Source: a virus
Taxonomy: Duplodnaviria > Heunggongvirae > Uroviricota > Caudoviricetes
Direction: 5' to 3' (one strand)
IMG/VR virus record: IMGVR_UViG_2877982868_000014
DNA: 64,000 nucleotides
This document shows positions 48,519-59,957 of this stretch, piece by piece (within the stretch, counting starts at the first letter, position 1; each line of letters starts with the position of its first letter). Under the pieces are notes generated by a model. That model worked only from the letters and a program-made list of their open reading frames with translations. It made no database searches and had not been told where the DNA came from. A program made the position numbers and the translations under genes.

Positions 48519-48844
48519 TAAACACGTAAATCGGTAACGGCTGGAAATCATTCAATACTCGCACTATCGAAAGTTCACCAGCCAACCGCGACACGCTCTT
48601 ACATACGAAGTGCCGCGCTTTCCTTAATAATTTTTTAGCAGTACTGTGTAAATAATGAGCGACCTAATCCATGCATGACGCGTAGTGCCTATTGTGCATC
48701 TTTCTGCGTCTCTTTTTACTGGACCCAAGCCAATGATGCTGGCGATACCATTCCCGCCAGGCCCACTTACAACAGTAAAATTCGGAGCTCTGCCTTTACA
48801 TACAATACAATCTACCTAACAAATATCCCCCGGACATTGCAACA

Positions 48845-48870
48845 CAAAAACCGGAGCCGGACTCCGGTTT
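48845..48870. terminator. Bidirectional intrinsic terminator
   Basis: AAAAA-CCGGAG-CCGGA-CTCCGG-TTTT. Confidence 0.6.
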
Positions 48871-48885
48871 TGTGAAGCTGTCGGG

Positions 48886-49155
48886 TTACTTCATCCCGCC
48901 AATATTTTCCCACGTCCCGTCAGCACGCAGGATTTGCAGCGGTCTTACCACGCACTGTATCTGCTTTTTATCCGCATCCAGTATCACCACCTGCGTGATT
49001 ACCCTGTCCTGCTCCGGAATAATACCATTCTCATCGGACTCCAGGATGTCTGCCGGCCCCAGTCGCAGTTGTGCTGTAAGCGACTGCCCGTGTTCACGGC
49101 CATCATGCTTTCCGCAACCACACAGACGCTGCATAAGTTTTTTTAGTATATTCAT
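48886..49155 (-). CDS. Short tail-fibre-associated protein sharing the fibre C-terminal domain
   Basis: LRLGPADILESDENG... parallels fibre end FRLGPASIIETNSNG... Confidence 0.5.
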   Translation of the reverse strand: MNILKKLMQRLCGCGKHDGREHGQSLTAQLRLGPADILESDENGIIPEQDRVITQVVILDADKKQIQCVVRPLQILRADGTWENIGGMK

Positions 49156-49156
49156 G

Positions 49157-50476
49157 TCATTCTCCTGTTCTGCCTGTATCACTGCCCACTTCATCCAGCC
49201 CCTTAACATCCTGCCACGGCCCGTCACCAAACCTGACCTGCAAATGCCGAAACAGCCCCTGAACCTGTGTGGCATCTTTGGGGTCAAGAAAGGTCAGTCC
49301 GGTGATGAGTGCGCCATCTGTATCCGGGAACCAGCCATTGCTGTTTGTCTCAATAATGCTCGCCGGCCCCAGACGAAAACGGATTTGTGTCTCCCCCGGG
49401 TCGCCCTTCGGTCCCTGAGGTCCGGTTGCCCCCACCGGGCCAGCCGCACCTGTTTCTCCTTTCGGTCCCTGTGGGCCTGCCGGGCCTGCCGCACCGGTAT
49501 CTCCCTTTGGACCCTGTGGACCTGCATTTCCCGTCAGACCGGTCTCTCCCCGCTCTCCCCTGTCACCTTTCGGCCCCTGCGGGCCTGCCGGACCAGCATC
49601 ACCTGCCGGTCCCCGTTCGCCGGTTGCCCCGACAGGGCCGGTGTCACCGCGCTCTCCCTTATCACCCTTCGGCCCCTGAGGACCCGCGGGCCCCTGTTCC
49701 CCCTTTGGCCCGGGAGGTCCCACCACGGTGGGGATTCGGTTTACGGCCTCTTCCGCCGCTATCCTGCTTTGTTCCGCTGACTGTGCGCTTTCTGCTGACT
49801 CCCGGGCTTTTTCTGTTGCGGTCGTTGCATCCCTGGCTGCATTACCGGCTGCACTTTCTGCCGTCTTTCTTGACAATTCAGCTTCTGCTGCACTTTGTGA
49901 TGACTCACTGGCTTTTTGAGCGGCCGCAGAAGCCGAGGACGAGGACGCATCCTCTGACTGCTTTGCAGCGGCTGCACTTTCTGCCGCCTGCCGGGCTGAC
50001 TCCAATGCATCCCCTGCTGAAGTGTCAGCATTTGCCGCGCTCTCTTCTGCCTGACTGGCTGATATGCCGGCATTCCTCGCGGACGTCTCCGCCTCTCCGG
50101 CATTCTTCTTCGCCTCCTCAGCGTGACGCGCCGCTTCTTCCACCATCAGTTCAAAACGACGCAGTGCCTCCGGCCGGACGTCATCCTCCGACATGGCACC
50201 GAGAAAATCATTCAGCGTCCCCGGTTGAGAATCTTCATACACGGTGATGGTCCCGGCATGTGACGGCGGGAACCCTTCCACCAACAGAATAACGCTGTAC
50301 TGACCGTACTCAACGTCCATGCTGTAACGACCGGCTTCATCCGGATTTTCAGAGGCCACCGTGTTCACCACCACCGTGGCGCTGTTACGTCTGGCTTTCA
50401 GTTGAATGGTGCAGTTCTCTACCGGTTTTCCTGTGCCGTCTTTCAGTACACCTGAAATCTTTACTGCCATATTCAC
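49157..50476 (-). CDS. Side tail fibre protein with collagen-like Gly-X-Y repeats
   Basis: About 37 GXY triplets (GPPGPKGEQGPAGPQGPKGD...) encoded at 49384..49714; Ala/Glu/Ser-rich coiled region. Confidence 0.8.
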   Translation of the reverse strand: MNMAVKISGVLKDGTGKPVENCTIQLKARRNSATVVVNTVASENPDEAGRYSMDVEYGQYSVILLVEGFPPSHAGTITVYEDSQPGTLNDFLGAMSEDDVRPEALRRFELMVEEAARHAEEAKKNAGEAETSARNAGISASQAEESAANADTSAGDALESARQAAESAAAAKQSEDASSSSASAAAQKASESSQSAAEAELSRKTAESAAGNAARDATTATEKARESAESAQSAEQSRIAAEEAVNRIPTVVGPPGPKGEQGPAGPQGPKGDKGERGDTGPVGATGERGPAGDAGPAGPQGPKGDRGERGETGLTGNAGPQGPKGDTGAAGPAGPQGPKGETGAAGPVGATGPQGPKGDPGETQIRFRLGPASIIETNSNGWFPDTDGALITGLTFLDPKDATQVQGLFRHLQVRFGDGPWQDVKGLDEVGSDTGRTGE

Positions 50477-50485
50477 CCCACAAAA

Positions 50486-50512
50486 AAGCCCGCCTGAACC
50501 GGCGGGCTGTCA
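50486..50512 (-). terminator. Intrinsic terminator after lom
   Basis: GCCCGCCGGTTCAGGCGGGC then TTTTTT on minus strand. Confidence 0.55.
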
Positions 50513-50534
50513 TAACACTGTGTTACCTGGCTAA

Positions 50535-51134
50535 TCAGAATTTATAGCCGACACCCACGATGAAGCCGTCAGTGCGCCAGTCGCCACTGCCGGAGCCTTC
50601 ATAAGCAATATCAATGGCCACGGATTCGGTCGGGTTAAACTGCACGCCAGCCCCCCACGCCAGAGACGTGTTGCTGTGGCGACCGTCATCACTTCCGGTC
50701 AGCACATCGTGCGTTTTCCCCTTGTTGTCAGTTACGCGAAGATAATCCCCGGAGAAAGTCGACACACGGCTGTAAGCCACACCCGCCATCGCATACGCGC
50801 TGAACCATTCATTCACGCGCACAGACGGCCCCGCCATTACGCTGAACCAGCGGTTACGAACGGAATCTTCATGCCAGCGGGTATCGCTGTAACGGGTAAG
50901 CTGGCGATTCTTGTCTCCTGCATAGCTGAATGACGTCACCAGCCCCAGCGTGTCCGTAAATTCATAACGGTATTTCACGTTAATCCCGTTAAGATTATCG
51001 CTACCGGGAGCGCTCGTCCGGGCATGAAGATACCCCGCGCTCAGCGTGGCCTGCTGCTCAGACGCCCATGCAGGCGCGCCGGATACGGCCAGACAGATGG
51101 CTGCGGACAAAATGGCGGCATAAAGTTTACGCAT
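50535..51134 (-). CDS. lom: Lom outer-membrane protein (Ail/PagC/Lom family)
   Basis: 199 aa, near-identical to lambda Lom over most of its length; signal peptide. Confidence 0.9.
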   Translation of the reverse strand: MRKLYAAILSAAICLAVSGAPAWASEQQATLSAGYLHARTSAPGSDNLNGINVKYRYEFTDTLGLVTSFSYAGDKNRQLTRYSDTRWHEDSVRNRWFSVMAGPSVRVNEWFSAYAMAGVAYSRVSTFSGDYLRVTDNKGKTHDVLTGSDDGRHSNTSLAWGAGVQFNPTESVAIDIAYEGSGSGDWRTDGFIVGVGYKF

Positions 51135-51201
51135 AATTACCTCTCGCTTTTCTGCAATAAAAAAGGCGCCATTTCTGGCGCCCGTATCTGGGTTATAAAA
51201 T

Positions 51202-54200
51202 TCAGCTAATCGTGATGCCTGCAGTGGCTTTCTTCATCACCACAACCAGCAAATCGCTGATACTTGCTGTGGGATACCAGTTATTTACCAGCCATGCTGA
51301 CACCGAAAACTCCAGTGTCATGTGACCGTGACCGGCAGGCATATCAATAACACCACTGTAAATCAGCGTATTATCCAGCGCGGTACGGTTATAAATTTCA
51401 GCACCGTTTTTCCGCACTATCAGACGGCATGAGGAGTAAATATCAGTATGCTCTTTCTCATGTTTAGCGCCGCTGAATGCCACCGCCGGAATAACAATCT
51501 GCCGGTCAAACGGCTGATCGTCATAAACCCTGACGGTAATGGTTCCTGATGGCCACCGCTCCGGTGCACGGGAGTCCCGGGGGAAAGCTTTGCCCACTGT
51601 TTTAACGAGATCGCCTTCAATCTGGTTCGCGGACAATTTTCCCAGAACCCGACAGTTCTCGTTAATCGTGACGTTGTTGAGCGTCCCGGAGTTCGCATTC
51701 ACGTTACCGCTGATATCGGCATTTTTCGCCGTCAGCCGCCCGTCCGGTGTCAGGGAAAATGCCGGAGGATTACCGCCGCTGGTAATGGTGGGAGCCGTCA
51801 GATATTTCAGGAACACTTCATTCATAAATATCTGATCGCCCTGACCAACAAACATCGGCTTTGTGTTGCCATTCGCAGGATTAATCATCGCAATCCTGTC
51901 TGCCGCCAGCAGCACCTGACTCTGCATTCCTGCTGGCGTATTCTCAATACCGGCACCGATACCCGCAATATAAAGGCGTCCGTCCTGCATCTGCTGCAGT
52001 TTCACGGCCCACATGCTGTTCAGGTTATTATTTGTATCAACCTGAACTTTCTGTATCTGCTGGATTGCCGCACTCTGATTTTCCAGTTTTTTATTGACGG
52101 TCTGCGTGATTTCATTGCTGACATTCGTAATGGACGTCCTGATTTCAGCCAGGTCCGGCGCAAGCTGACCGTTATCAATCTGCGTCCACAGCTCCTGGGC
52201 CAGATGTGTTTTCCCGATTTCTCCTTTGAAAAAATCCAGGTAACCTTCCGCATCATCGCTCGCCCGACCGACAGCCTCCACGAATGCCGATTTGCCAACA
52301 GTATTCACACTGCGGATATAAAAATAATAATCATGGCCCGGTTTGATATTGATACTGGCAGCTATCCAGTACAGCGCCGAGCCAAGATAGCGGGCTGCGG
52401 TTTCAACCTGCCTGATATCCGCAATCCGCTTTTCCGAGAACCAGAACTCAAACTGTACCGTCGGGTCATAAACGGCAAGATGCGGCGTGGCGGTTATCTG
52501 AAAATAGCCCGGCGTCAGCTCAATCCGCGACGGTGCTGCCGGTGCGGCAATCCGGAAGGTGGTGGTGGCAGGTTCACCCTGCTGGCCATAGCTGTTTATC
52601 GCCCGCACCGTCAGGGTGTATTCCCCGAGCGGCAGGCCGCTGAAACGGTGCTCCGTGTCTGCGGTGATGGCGGTGGTCACCAGTCTGGCATCCGTTCCCT
52701 TACCACTGGTCAGGCGCAGACTGAAGCGCACGCCCTTCACCACCCGCGGCGTGTCCCATTTAGCCTGCGCCAGATACTGGCCGTCAGCTGCACTCACCTC
52801 CACCGTCAGGTGCTGTACTGCCGGTGGGATGACGCTGTTCAGGGAACCTGACTGCGGCTCAAAGCGGGCACCGTTATCCACGATGGCTTCTTTTTCCGGT
52901 ACGTGCTGCACCGCCGTGATGGCAAAGGTGCCGTCCGTGTTTTCCCGGACGGAGACACAGCGGAACAGGCGACGGCACAGTGACGGCAGGGAGAGTCCCC
53001 ACACCCCGTATGTCTCCACACCATCAGGCAGGGTACTGACCTGTATCCGGTCCGGCGCGGGGTGTGCGGTGATGTCCACACTCACCGGCTTACCGCTGCC
53101 GTTAATCAGGTTCACCGTGGCGGCACCGGTCTCCGGCAGTGTCACCTCACGGTCCAGCGTCAGGGTGCGGCTGGCGGCATCGATGGACAGGACACGTCCG
53201 CCGGTCATGGTCCCGGCATAGTCGTTATCACAGATTTCAATAATGTCACCGGGTGTGTGACGCAGCCCCTGTGACCCAAGCGTGAAATCCACCGTCTGCG
53301 TTTCCAGCAGTCCGGTCTTTATCACCCACAGCCCGGCACGGTGGGCCTGACCGCGACTGGTGCAGCCGAACGCATCCATCTTCAGCAGGTTGCGTCCGTA
53401 GCGCAGTATGGCTTCCGGGTCTTCCACCAGTTCCGTGGAGGTCTGCCAGCCGTTCTGCGGGTCGGTGTAATTCACCTCCACCGCCGTGTGGCGGTCCTTC
53501 AGGGCGCTGAAGCTGTAGCGAAACCCCACGCCGTTATCATCCACCACCACATCACTGTTGGTGTACGGCCACACCACATCCGACGGACTGTCCTGAACGA
53601 ACGTCAGCGTCTGGCCGTTCCATACCGGCATACAGCGCATCGCCGAGCAGAAATCACTGAGAACGTCCCACGCCTTACGCTGTTGTGACAGGTACGCATT
53701 AAAGGTCATCCGCGGCTCTGTGCCCCCGAAACCATCAGGGACCATCTGGTCGCAGTACTGCGCAATGGCATACAGCGCCCACTTGTCCACATCCGCCGCC
53801 CCCAGGCGTTTTCCCATGCCGTAGCGCGGGTGAGTCAGCATGTCCCACAGGCACCAGGCCGGGTTGTTGCTGTATGCCGGTTTCAGGCTGCCGTCCCAGA
53901 TGCCGCTGTACGTGCGTTTTTCCGGGTCATAGTTTGACGGCACCTGGATGATGCGACCGCGGATATGGTAGTTCACCGTCATCTGCTGACCGCCAAACTG
54001 CTCCGCATCCACCTGCAGCCCCACAATGGCCGTGTTCGGGTAGCACTGTTTCACATCGATGATTTCGGTGTATGACGACCACAGCGTTCTGTTCTGCAGC
54101 TGGTCCGTGGTGCTGTCCGCCGTCTCCCTGACCATCCGGATGTTAAAGGGCCGGGGCGGCAGATTATCCAGAATCACCGACGCCAGGAACTGCGAGGTGG

Positions 54201-54726
54201 TCTTGCCGTTAATGGTGACATCCTTTTCCGTCACCCAGTTACCGTTACGCTGCAACTGAATCAGCAGTCGGACAGAAGAGTGATTACGGTCGCCCTTTGA
54301 GGTGGTCTCCAACAGTGACTGCACCCCGAAGGTGACCCGCAGGCGGTCAATGTTCGCGGACGTAATGGTGCGCGTCACCGGCTTTGCCTTCGTCACTTCC
54401 ACGCCCAGTGCGGTTTCAGCTCCGGAGGACTCAAAGCCTTCCGGTGGTGTCTGCTCCTGCTCCCCGGCACGCCAGACCGCAGTCACACCGTGTATCACGG
54501 GATTACCGTCCGTGTCCGTCAGCGGGGTTTTGTTCACCAGAATACTCTGCAGCCCCTTCACCGGACCTTCAATCGGCCCTTCACCAATGGCGTCAATCAC
54601 GCTCATCATCTGCGTGGACTTAAGATTGTCCTTTGCCTCTACCGGCGTGTGCCCCTTGCCGCCCCCTTTACCCACTCTGTCCCCCTCTCCTGTCTGATGT
54701 CTGAATCTGTTTATGCCAGAAAACAA
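51202..54726 (-). CDS. Host-specificity tail tip protein J
   Basis: 1174 aa following I/K/L/M as in lambda. Confidence 0.9.
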   Translation of the reverse strand: MFSGINRFRHQTGEGDRVGKGGGKGHTPVEAKDNLKSTQMMSVIDAIGEGPIEGPVKGLQSILVNKTPLTDTDGNPVIHGVTAVWRAGEQEQTPPEGFESSGAETALGVEVTKAKPVTRTITSANIDRLRVTFGVQSLLETTSKGDRNHSSVRLLIQLQRNGNWVTEKDVTINGKTTSQFLASVILDNLPPRPFNIRMVRETADSTTDQLQNRTLWSSYTEIIDVKQCYPNTAIVGLQVDAEQFGGQQMTVNYHIRGRIIQVPSNYDPEKRTYSGIWDGSLKPAYSNNPAWCLWDMLTHPRYGMGKRLGAADVDKWALYAIAQYCDQMVPDGFGGTEPRMTFNAYLSQQRKAWDVLSDFCSAMRCMPVWNGQTLTFVQDSPSDVVWPYTNSDVVVDDNGVGFRYSFSALKDRHTAVEVNYTDPQNGWQTSTELVEDPEAILRYGRNLLKMDAFGCTSRGQAHRAGLWVIKTGLLETQTVDFTLGSQGLRHTPGDIIEICDNDYAGTMTGGRVLSIDAASRTLTLDREVTLPETGAATVNLINGSGKPVSVDITAHPAPDRIQVSTLPDGVETYGVWGLSLPSLCRRLFRCVSVRENTDGTFAITAVQHVPEKEAIVDNGARFEPQSGSLNSVIPPAVQHLTVEVSAADGQYLAQAKWDTPRVVKGVRFSLRLTSGKGTDARLVTTAITADTEHRFSGLPLGEYTLTVRAINSYGQQGEPATTTFRIAAPAAPSRIELTPGYFQITATPHLAVYDPTVQFEFWFSEKRIADIRQVETAARYLGSALYWIAASINIKPGHDYYFYIRSVNTVGKSAFVEAVGRASDDAEGYLDFFKGEIGKTHLAQELWTQIDNGQLAPDLAEIRTSITNVSNEITQTVNKKLENQSAAIQQIQKVQVDTNNNLNSMWAVKLQQMQDGRLYIAGIGAGIENTPAGMQSQVLLAADRIAMINPANGNTKPMFVGQGDQIFMNEVFLKYLTAPTITSGGNPPAFSLTPDGRLTAKNADISGNVNANSGTLNNVTINENCRVLGKLSANQIEGDLVKTVGKAFPRDSRAPERWPSGTITVRVYDDQPFDRQIVIPAVAFSGAKHEKEHTDIYSSCRLIVRKNGAEIYNRTALDNTLIYSGVIDMPAGHGHMTLEFSVSAWLVNNWYPTASISDLLVVVMKKATAGITIS

Positions 54727-54915
54727 CAGGCACCCCGGAGGGTGCCTGTGTCATGACGGAATAAAATTTCTGAAACTCTTCACATTTCCGGCAATTGCCT
54801 GTAGCCGCAATAATGACGCTGCATTACTTTTTTGATGCCTGAAAAATAACTCCATAACGTTAATCTTCATCGTTCTCTCCCGCAGCTCCGCTAACTCTGC
54901 GGGATTTTTTTATTT

Positions 54916-55593
54916 TCATCCCCGCCCGATAACCACCACTTTCCCGTCTCCGCCCTCATCACGGGTGCTGATGTCCTGGGATATCCGTCGTGAACCAACC
55001 AGCATTTCACCATAAGGCACCGGCATCGGGTTCCCCTGGGCAATCATGTTATCCAGTGACGAAAAATACGTGTTCTGTTTACCGTTATCCGTCGCCCTGT
55101 ACTCCGGTGTTTTTGCCTTCGGTGCCAGCATCTGGGCCACACCGCCCAGTATCATGCTGGCACCCAGTGAGAACAGCATCGTGGTGGCAGTCAGCCCTCC
55201 GGCACTCAGGGCTGCGCCCCACAACGCCATCGTTGCGCCGGCGGTGAAGAAAGAGCCCACGATGGCTGCCGCCCCCAGCACAATCTGCAGTCCACCCTTT
55301 CCGGCTCCGGCCAGTCGCGGCACAATATGGATGACCGCCCCCTCACCCAGAGGTTCGTGAAGACGGGCGTACACCGCCTCCGGTGCCGTGTCCTCACCGC
55401 GAATACGTATCTGGTACCAGCCTTCGTTCATCTGACGGCGGAATCCCGGCATCTGCAGCGACAGGGCACGGATGGCTTCCGCTGCCGTGTTCACGTACAG
55501 GCTGAGGCGGCGGCCAAATCGTTGCAAATCCCCGTGAAGGCAGATGCGTGCCAGTGGCGGTGACGCCAGACAGAATGCGTTCGTCGTTGCCAT
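54916..55593 (-). CDS. Tail assembly protein I
   Basis: MATTNAFCLASPPLARICLHGDLQRFGRR... matches lambda I N-terminus. Confidence 0.85.
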   Translation of the reverse strand: MATTNAFCLASPPLARICLHGDLQRFGRRLSLYVNTAAEAIRALSLQMPGFRRQMNEGWYQIRIRGEDTAPEAVYARLHEPLGEGAVIHIVPRLAGAGKGGLQIVLGAAAIVGSFFTAGATMALWGAALSAGGLTATTMLFSLGASMILGGVAQMLAPKAKTPEYRATDNGKQNTYFSSLDNMIAQGNPMPVPYGEMLVGSRRISQDISTRDEGGDGKVVVIGRG

Positions 55594-56237
55594 TTTTCAG
55601 AATACCTCTCCCGTTTACTCAGTTGTTCAGGCAGATGGTGAAGCAGTTCACCGTTGCCGCAGTATATGGCGGCATGATTGGCCACCGATGCGCCAAAGCA
55701 GCACAGCAGGATATCGCCCGCCTGTGCAGAGGACAGGGGCACCCGGTAAAAACCAGTCGCCGCCATATTGTCCAGGTAAAGGTTCTGACCGTTGCGCCAC
55801 CAGTCATCCTCACGCTCAAAATCCGGCAGCGTTATCCCCGCCAGATGGTATGCATCCCGGAACAGGGTGTAACAGTCCGTCACCCCGTGCTCAAAACGAC
55901 GCCCGGTCAGGTGCGGCACACAGCGGAATTTGTGAATTTCCCCCCGGCAGACCAGCCACCAGGGCAGGGCACTCTTTATCTGCAGCCGCCGGTCGGCCTC
56001 GCTCAGCCAGGGCAGACCACCAGGGTGGCTGTGAACCAGCGCCACAATCTCCCCCTGCATCTCTGCCTGCAGCCAGTCTTCCGGCGCAATACGAAAATAC
56101 GCCTCCGGCTCTGCGGAGATATTCACGCAGGGCTGGTACCGTTCGCCCTCCGGGGTGCCTATCACGAAGCCGCACGACTCCGCAGGCGCACACCGCCGGG
56201 CATGCACCAGAATCGCTGATTCAGTCTGTGTCATAAA
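55491..56237 (-). CDS. Tail assembly protein K (JAB/NlpC-P60-like)
   Basis: ...HARRCAPAESCGFV...HSHPGG... matches lambda K; overlaps I as in lambda. Confidence 0.8.
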   Translation of the reverse strand, partial: FMTQTESAILVHARRCAPAESCGFVIGTPEGERYQPCVNISAEPEAYFRIAPEDWLQAEMQGEIVALVHSHPGGLPWLSEADRRLQIKSALPWWLVCRGEIHKFRCVPHLTGRRFEHGVTDCYTLFRDAYHLAGITLPDFEREDDWWRNGQNLYLDNMAATGFYRVPLSSAQAGDILLCCFGASVANHAAIYCGNGELLHHLPEQLSKRERYSEKWQRRTHSVWRHRHWHASAFTGICNDLAAASACT

Positions 56238-56244
56238 ACAGGAT

Positions 56245-56943
56245 TTACTGCGAAAGTTTATTGATGGAAAGGAAACCGCCAAAATTAGCCACCATGCCGC
56301 GCATCTCACACCCGCGCATGCATTTACTGCATCTGTCCTTCCGGATATCCGTGGTGGGGTTGTCGAACTCATCCGCCACTGCCGGACCGTTATACCCGCA
56401 TTCATCGCCCCGGTAATCCCACATACAGGTGTTCGCCAGCATGATGCGACCGGGAAACAGCGCCCCGTCCGTCTCCGTCGGTGTCGCCAGCACAAACGAG
56501 GCCGTCATGGCCGTCAGCGATGACATCTGCTCCACCACCCACCGGTCCGTCAGCTCCTGCTCAGGGTCTGCCTCAGGATTGCCTGCCACAAAATTCACCG
56601 CATCCAGAAAACGGGCATACACCCGGCGGCGGACCACCGTGGCCCCCACCAGGCTCTGCAGGTCCTCCGCCATCCCGGTGACCAGACCAAACAGATTCGA
56701 CACCGTCAGCGACGGTCTGGCACTGCTGCCCTTCCCGTTCATCTCAAAGCCACTGCCGTCAATCGGGTATGCCTGATATTGCCGCCCCTGCCAGGTAACC
56801 GCCTCCCCTTTTTCATTCAGCTCATTGCAGAAAAAATACCGCTCACCGCCCTGCGCCGTCAGGTCGATTTCCCAGAGTACCACCCGCGGTGACTGCTCTG
56901 ATTTAACCGACTCGTTCAGACTTTCTTCGTGAATATCCTGCAT
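56245..56943 (-). CDS. Minor tail protein L
   Basis: MQDIHEESLNE...GFLSINKLSQ matches lambda L. Confidence 0.9.
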   Translation of the reverse strand: MQDIHEESLNESVKSEQSPRVVLWEIDLTAQGGERYFFCNELNEKGEAVTWQGRQYQAYPIDGSGFEMNGKGSSARPSLTVSNLFGLVTGMAEDLQSLVGATVVRRRVYARFLDAVNFVAGNPEADPEQELTDRWVVEQMSSLTAMTASFVLATPTETDGALFPGRIMLANTCMWDYRGDECGYNGPAVADEFDNPTTDIRKDRCSKCMRGCEMRGMVANFGGFLSINKLSQ

Positions 56944-57272
56944 CAGTTCACCACCTGCTTAAACTCCGCGCTGAACTCAACGCGCAACATCCCGACCCGC
57001 GCAGACCACCCGGCACAGGTCACCTTTATCTGCCGGTATGCATAGGGTGGCTTCCACAAAAATGCCTTCCAGCCTCCGTGCTCTGCCAGGAACGCTTCCA
57101 GATGCCGGGCCTCCTCCCGGGTCACGGAAAGCGTCACACGGTATGTTTTCAGGTCAGCATTCAGCCCTGCCGCCATACGCTGTGAGTACCCGTCACCAAA
57201 ACGCACTTCACGCACCGATGGCTGCGAGTTCACCTCCATATCCGGCTTCACTTTCCAGCGAAAGGTTTTCAT
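56943..57272 (-). CDS. Minor tail protein M
   Basis: MKTFRWKVKPDMEV...SAEFKQVVN matches lambda M. Confidence 0.9.
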   Translation of the reverse strand: MKTFRWKVKPDMEVNSQPSVREVRFGDGYSQRMAAGLNADLKTYRVTLSVTREEARHLEAFLAEHGGWKAFLWKPPYAYRQIKVTCAGWSARVGMLRVEFSAEFKQVVN

Positions 57273-59923
57273 CGCCCGCTCCCCGATAACATACCGCCAT
57301 CACGCAACTGCAGCCGGAGCTCATCCTGCGCCCCCTTGCGGGCCATGTCATACACCGCCTTCATCAGCTGCGGCCCCGCCTGTCCGTTGGTGCCGTCGTT
57401 CTGAATCACCACGTGATTGTTCTGATTAAAATTAATACCTTCCGCCCGCCGCATCTGCGCCGGACTTCCGGCACCACCCACATAACCACCTTCCGCATAG
57501 CCGCGCATCAGACGGTAAAGATTCCCCACACCTATCCGGCTGGTTGCCTCTTTCGTGAAAACAAACTCCCCGCGGTGAACTATCCCCGCAGGCTCATATT
57601 TGCCGCCCGTCCCCGTAAATCCTCCGGTCGCGAAATGGAAGTTCGCCGCCGCAGCCTGAATGGCCGTCCCCGAGGAAGCAGATGCACCACCACCGAAAGC
57701 ACCGCCAATGGCGCTGCCGATACGCCCGACAATGCCCACCATGGCCTGTTTAAGCAGGATTTCTGTCATCATGGACAGCACCGAACGGGTGAATCCCCGC
57801 CAGTCTGCCTCTGCACCGGTCAGCATCGCCGCCATATTCTGTGCAATACCGTCAAAGGTCTGCGTGGCAGCACTTTTAACCTGCGAAAAACTGTCCGTCG
57901 CACTTTCCGCCCACTCGCCCCAGCCGGACTTCAGCCCGGCCATCCAGCTTCCACGAAGCTGCTCCTCCGCAGACCTGGTGTTCTTCAGTGCCGATGTGGC
58001 CTTCGCCAGCGCAGCCGGATTATCACCGTACACGTCCCGAAGACGCTGCGCTTCAGACTCCCGCTGCGCCTGACGGTCAGTGAGACCGCGGGCTTTTGCG
58101 CTGATGGCGGCCTGCTTCGCGCTCTGCTGCTCTTCAAACCGCACCGCCTGCTGTGCCAGCTCATTCAGGCGTTTCTGGTATTCAACCTTGTCGCCCAGCT
58201 CAGCCAGCTGGCGTTTGTACTCCAGCGTCTCGTCTTTATGCGCCAGCAGGGATTTTTCCTGCTCAGATAACTGTCGTTTCGTGGCAGCCTCTTTCAGGAC
58301 CGCATACTGACTTTCCGCCTTCCATAAATCACGGCGCTGCCGGCTGATTTTCTCATTCGCACCGCTGTGTTTTTCCAGCGTCCTGAGCTCAGCTTCAAGG
58401 GCAAGCAGAGCCTCTCTTGCCTGCTCCTCTTCCCTCTCCCCGGCAGAGCGCGTTTTCGGTGATGTATGCTTTTTACCTGTCAGCTCTTCAGCCAGACGGC
58501 TGACGGCTTCCTGCTGCCCCGGACCTTTGCTGACGCCTGTTGCACGCGAACGGTTGATGTACCCCATTTCCCCCTGGCGTATACGCGCATCCCGTTCCGC
58601 AATGGATTTTCTCAGCGCCAGTTCATCACGTTTTGTTTTCTCAATAAATACGCGGTTCTCTTCTGCCAGTTCACCAAACAACGCACCAACGCCGGGCACA
58701 TTCTTTGTCGTTTCCCAGGCTGACTGAATAAATTCAGCCAGCGCCAGATCCCCCTGCACAAGCAGCAGCTTCACCTGTTCAACGGTTCCTGCCACCACGT
58801 CAGTGATCAGACTGAGTGCCCCCAGTGTATGATCACCTATCCATGCCCATGCGTCAGAAGTCCAGGTTTTAACATCGTCCCAGATTTTTTCCACCGGCGT
58901 GGCCGCTTTATCAAGTTGCTCCAGACGTGCATTCATGACATCCGCAAACAGGGACATCGCCTCCGTCACCGCAGCCTGTTTACCTTTCGTGCGCTCAAGC
59001 TCATCAATATGGCGTAACTGGGAAACGCTCAGGAAGTTATACTGCTGATTCAGGGAGGCCAGCGCCTTCACCGGATCTGCTGCAATCCCTTCAAAGGCTT
59101 TTTCCACCTTCCCGGCATCGTCCCCCACCGTCTGCAGCCATCTCTGAGAGGTTTCCCCCATGATCCGTAGCTGCCCGGCGGTATATTTCCCGCTTTCTGC
59201 CAGACGGGCCAGATTTTCTGCCGCCTGTCTGATACCACCACCGGCTTCATCGCTGATCACCCCGGCCATTTTCCACAATTCTGCCGTTGTGGTGGCAGCA
59301 GCCCCTCCGGTCAGGGTCAGTGAACGCAATAAGGCCCGGTCAGCCTGCTCTGCCTGCCAGGCGGCGGCAGCAAGCGCGGCCAGTACGGCAACCCCGCCAC
59401 CTGCCGCCACACGGGCCACCGACATAAATCGTCCCAGCTCACCGGCATTCCGGGCATTTTCAGCCAGTGCATTTGCCGTATCTGACAGCGACTCCTCTGA
59501 TGATTCAGAGGCATCCCTGATCCCGAGAAGTTCCTCCTTCAGCAGGGTAAGCAGGCTGAGCGGTCCACCGAATGAATCGCTGATCTGCCCCCCCTGCTGC
59601 AGCATGATAAGGAAGGGATTCTGACCACCGGCAAGCTGAGTGACAATATCCGTGAACTGTGCGGGCAGTGTGCGCATGGCAGCCTTATACTGTCCGACTG
59701 ATATCCCGGCTTTTTGTGCAGCCAGCGCCTGTCGGCTCAGACTCTGCTCAGCAGCATCAGCCTGTTTTCTGAAAGACTGACTGACTTTCCCGGACATCAA
59801 ATCAGCAAGCGCACTGGTTTCACCCAGCTCTTTTTTTACCCGCGCTGCCTCTTCAGAAAAACGGGCAGAATCCAGTGTCAGCACGGCTGTCAGATCGGCA
59901 AAATTACCTGCCATCGTGGTCAC
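57269..59923 (-). CDS. Tail tape measure protein H
   Basis: 884 aa between G/T and M. Confidence 0.9.
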   Translation of the reverse strand: MTTMAGNFADLTAVLTLDSARFSEEAARVKKELGETSALADLMSGKVSQSFRKQADAAEQSLSRQALAAQKAGISVGQYKAAMRTLPAQFTDIVTQLAGGQNPFLIMLQQGGQISDSFGGPLSLLTLLKEELLGIRDASESSEESLSDTANALAENARNAGELGRFMSVARVAAGGGVAVLAALAAAAWQAEQADRALLRSLTLTGGAAATTTAELWKMAGVISDEAGGGIRQAAENLARLAESGKYTAGQLRIMGETSQRWLQTVGDDAGKVEKAFEGIAADPVKALASLNQQYNFLSVSQLRHIDELERTKGKQAAVTEAMSLFADVMNARLEQLDKAATPVEKIWDDVKTWTSDAWAWIGDHTLGALSLITDVVAGTVEQVKLLLVQGDLALAEFIQSAWETTKNVPGVGALFGELAEENRVFIEKTKRDELALRKSIAERDARIRQGEMGYINRSRATGVSKGPGQQEAVSRLAEELTGKKHTSPKTRSAGEREEEQAREALLALEAELRTLEKHSGANEKISRQRRDLWKAESQYAVLKEAATKRQLSEQEKSLLAHKDETLEYKRQLAELGDKVEYQKRLNELAQQAVRFEEQQSAKQAAISAKARGLTDRQAQRESEAQRLRDVYGDNPAALAKATSALKNTRSAEEQLRGSWMAGLKSGWGEWAESATDSFSQVKSAATQTFDGIAQNMAAMLTGAEADWRGFTRSVLSMMTEILLKQAMVGIVGRIGSAIGGAFGGGASASSGTAIQAAAANFHFATGGFTGTGGKYEPAGIVHRGEFVFTKEATSRIGVGNLYRLMRGYAEGGYVGGAGSPAQMRRAEGINFNQNNHVVIQNDGTNGQAGPQLMKAVYDMARKGAQDELRLQLRDGGMLSGSGR

Positions 59924-59957
59924 CTCCTGAAATGTCCTCTGATACCATCAATAACTG

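Noticed and set aside
49387-50247. 286-aa Pro/Leu-rich plus-strand ORF
   Set aside because: Reverse-frame artefact of the GC-rich collagen-like repeat region of the tail fibre gene.
52204-53221. Plus-strand ORFs of 201-215 aa
   Set aside because: Shadows inside the J tail-tip gene.
55544-56236. Plus-strand ORFs of about 225 aa
   Set aside because: Antisense to tail assembly protein K.
57413-58270. 285-aa plus-strand ORF
   Set aside because: Antisense to the tape measure gene; Arg/Leu-rich.
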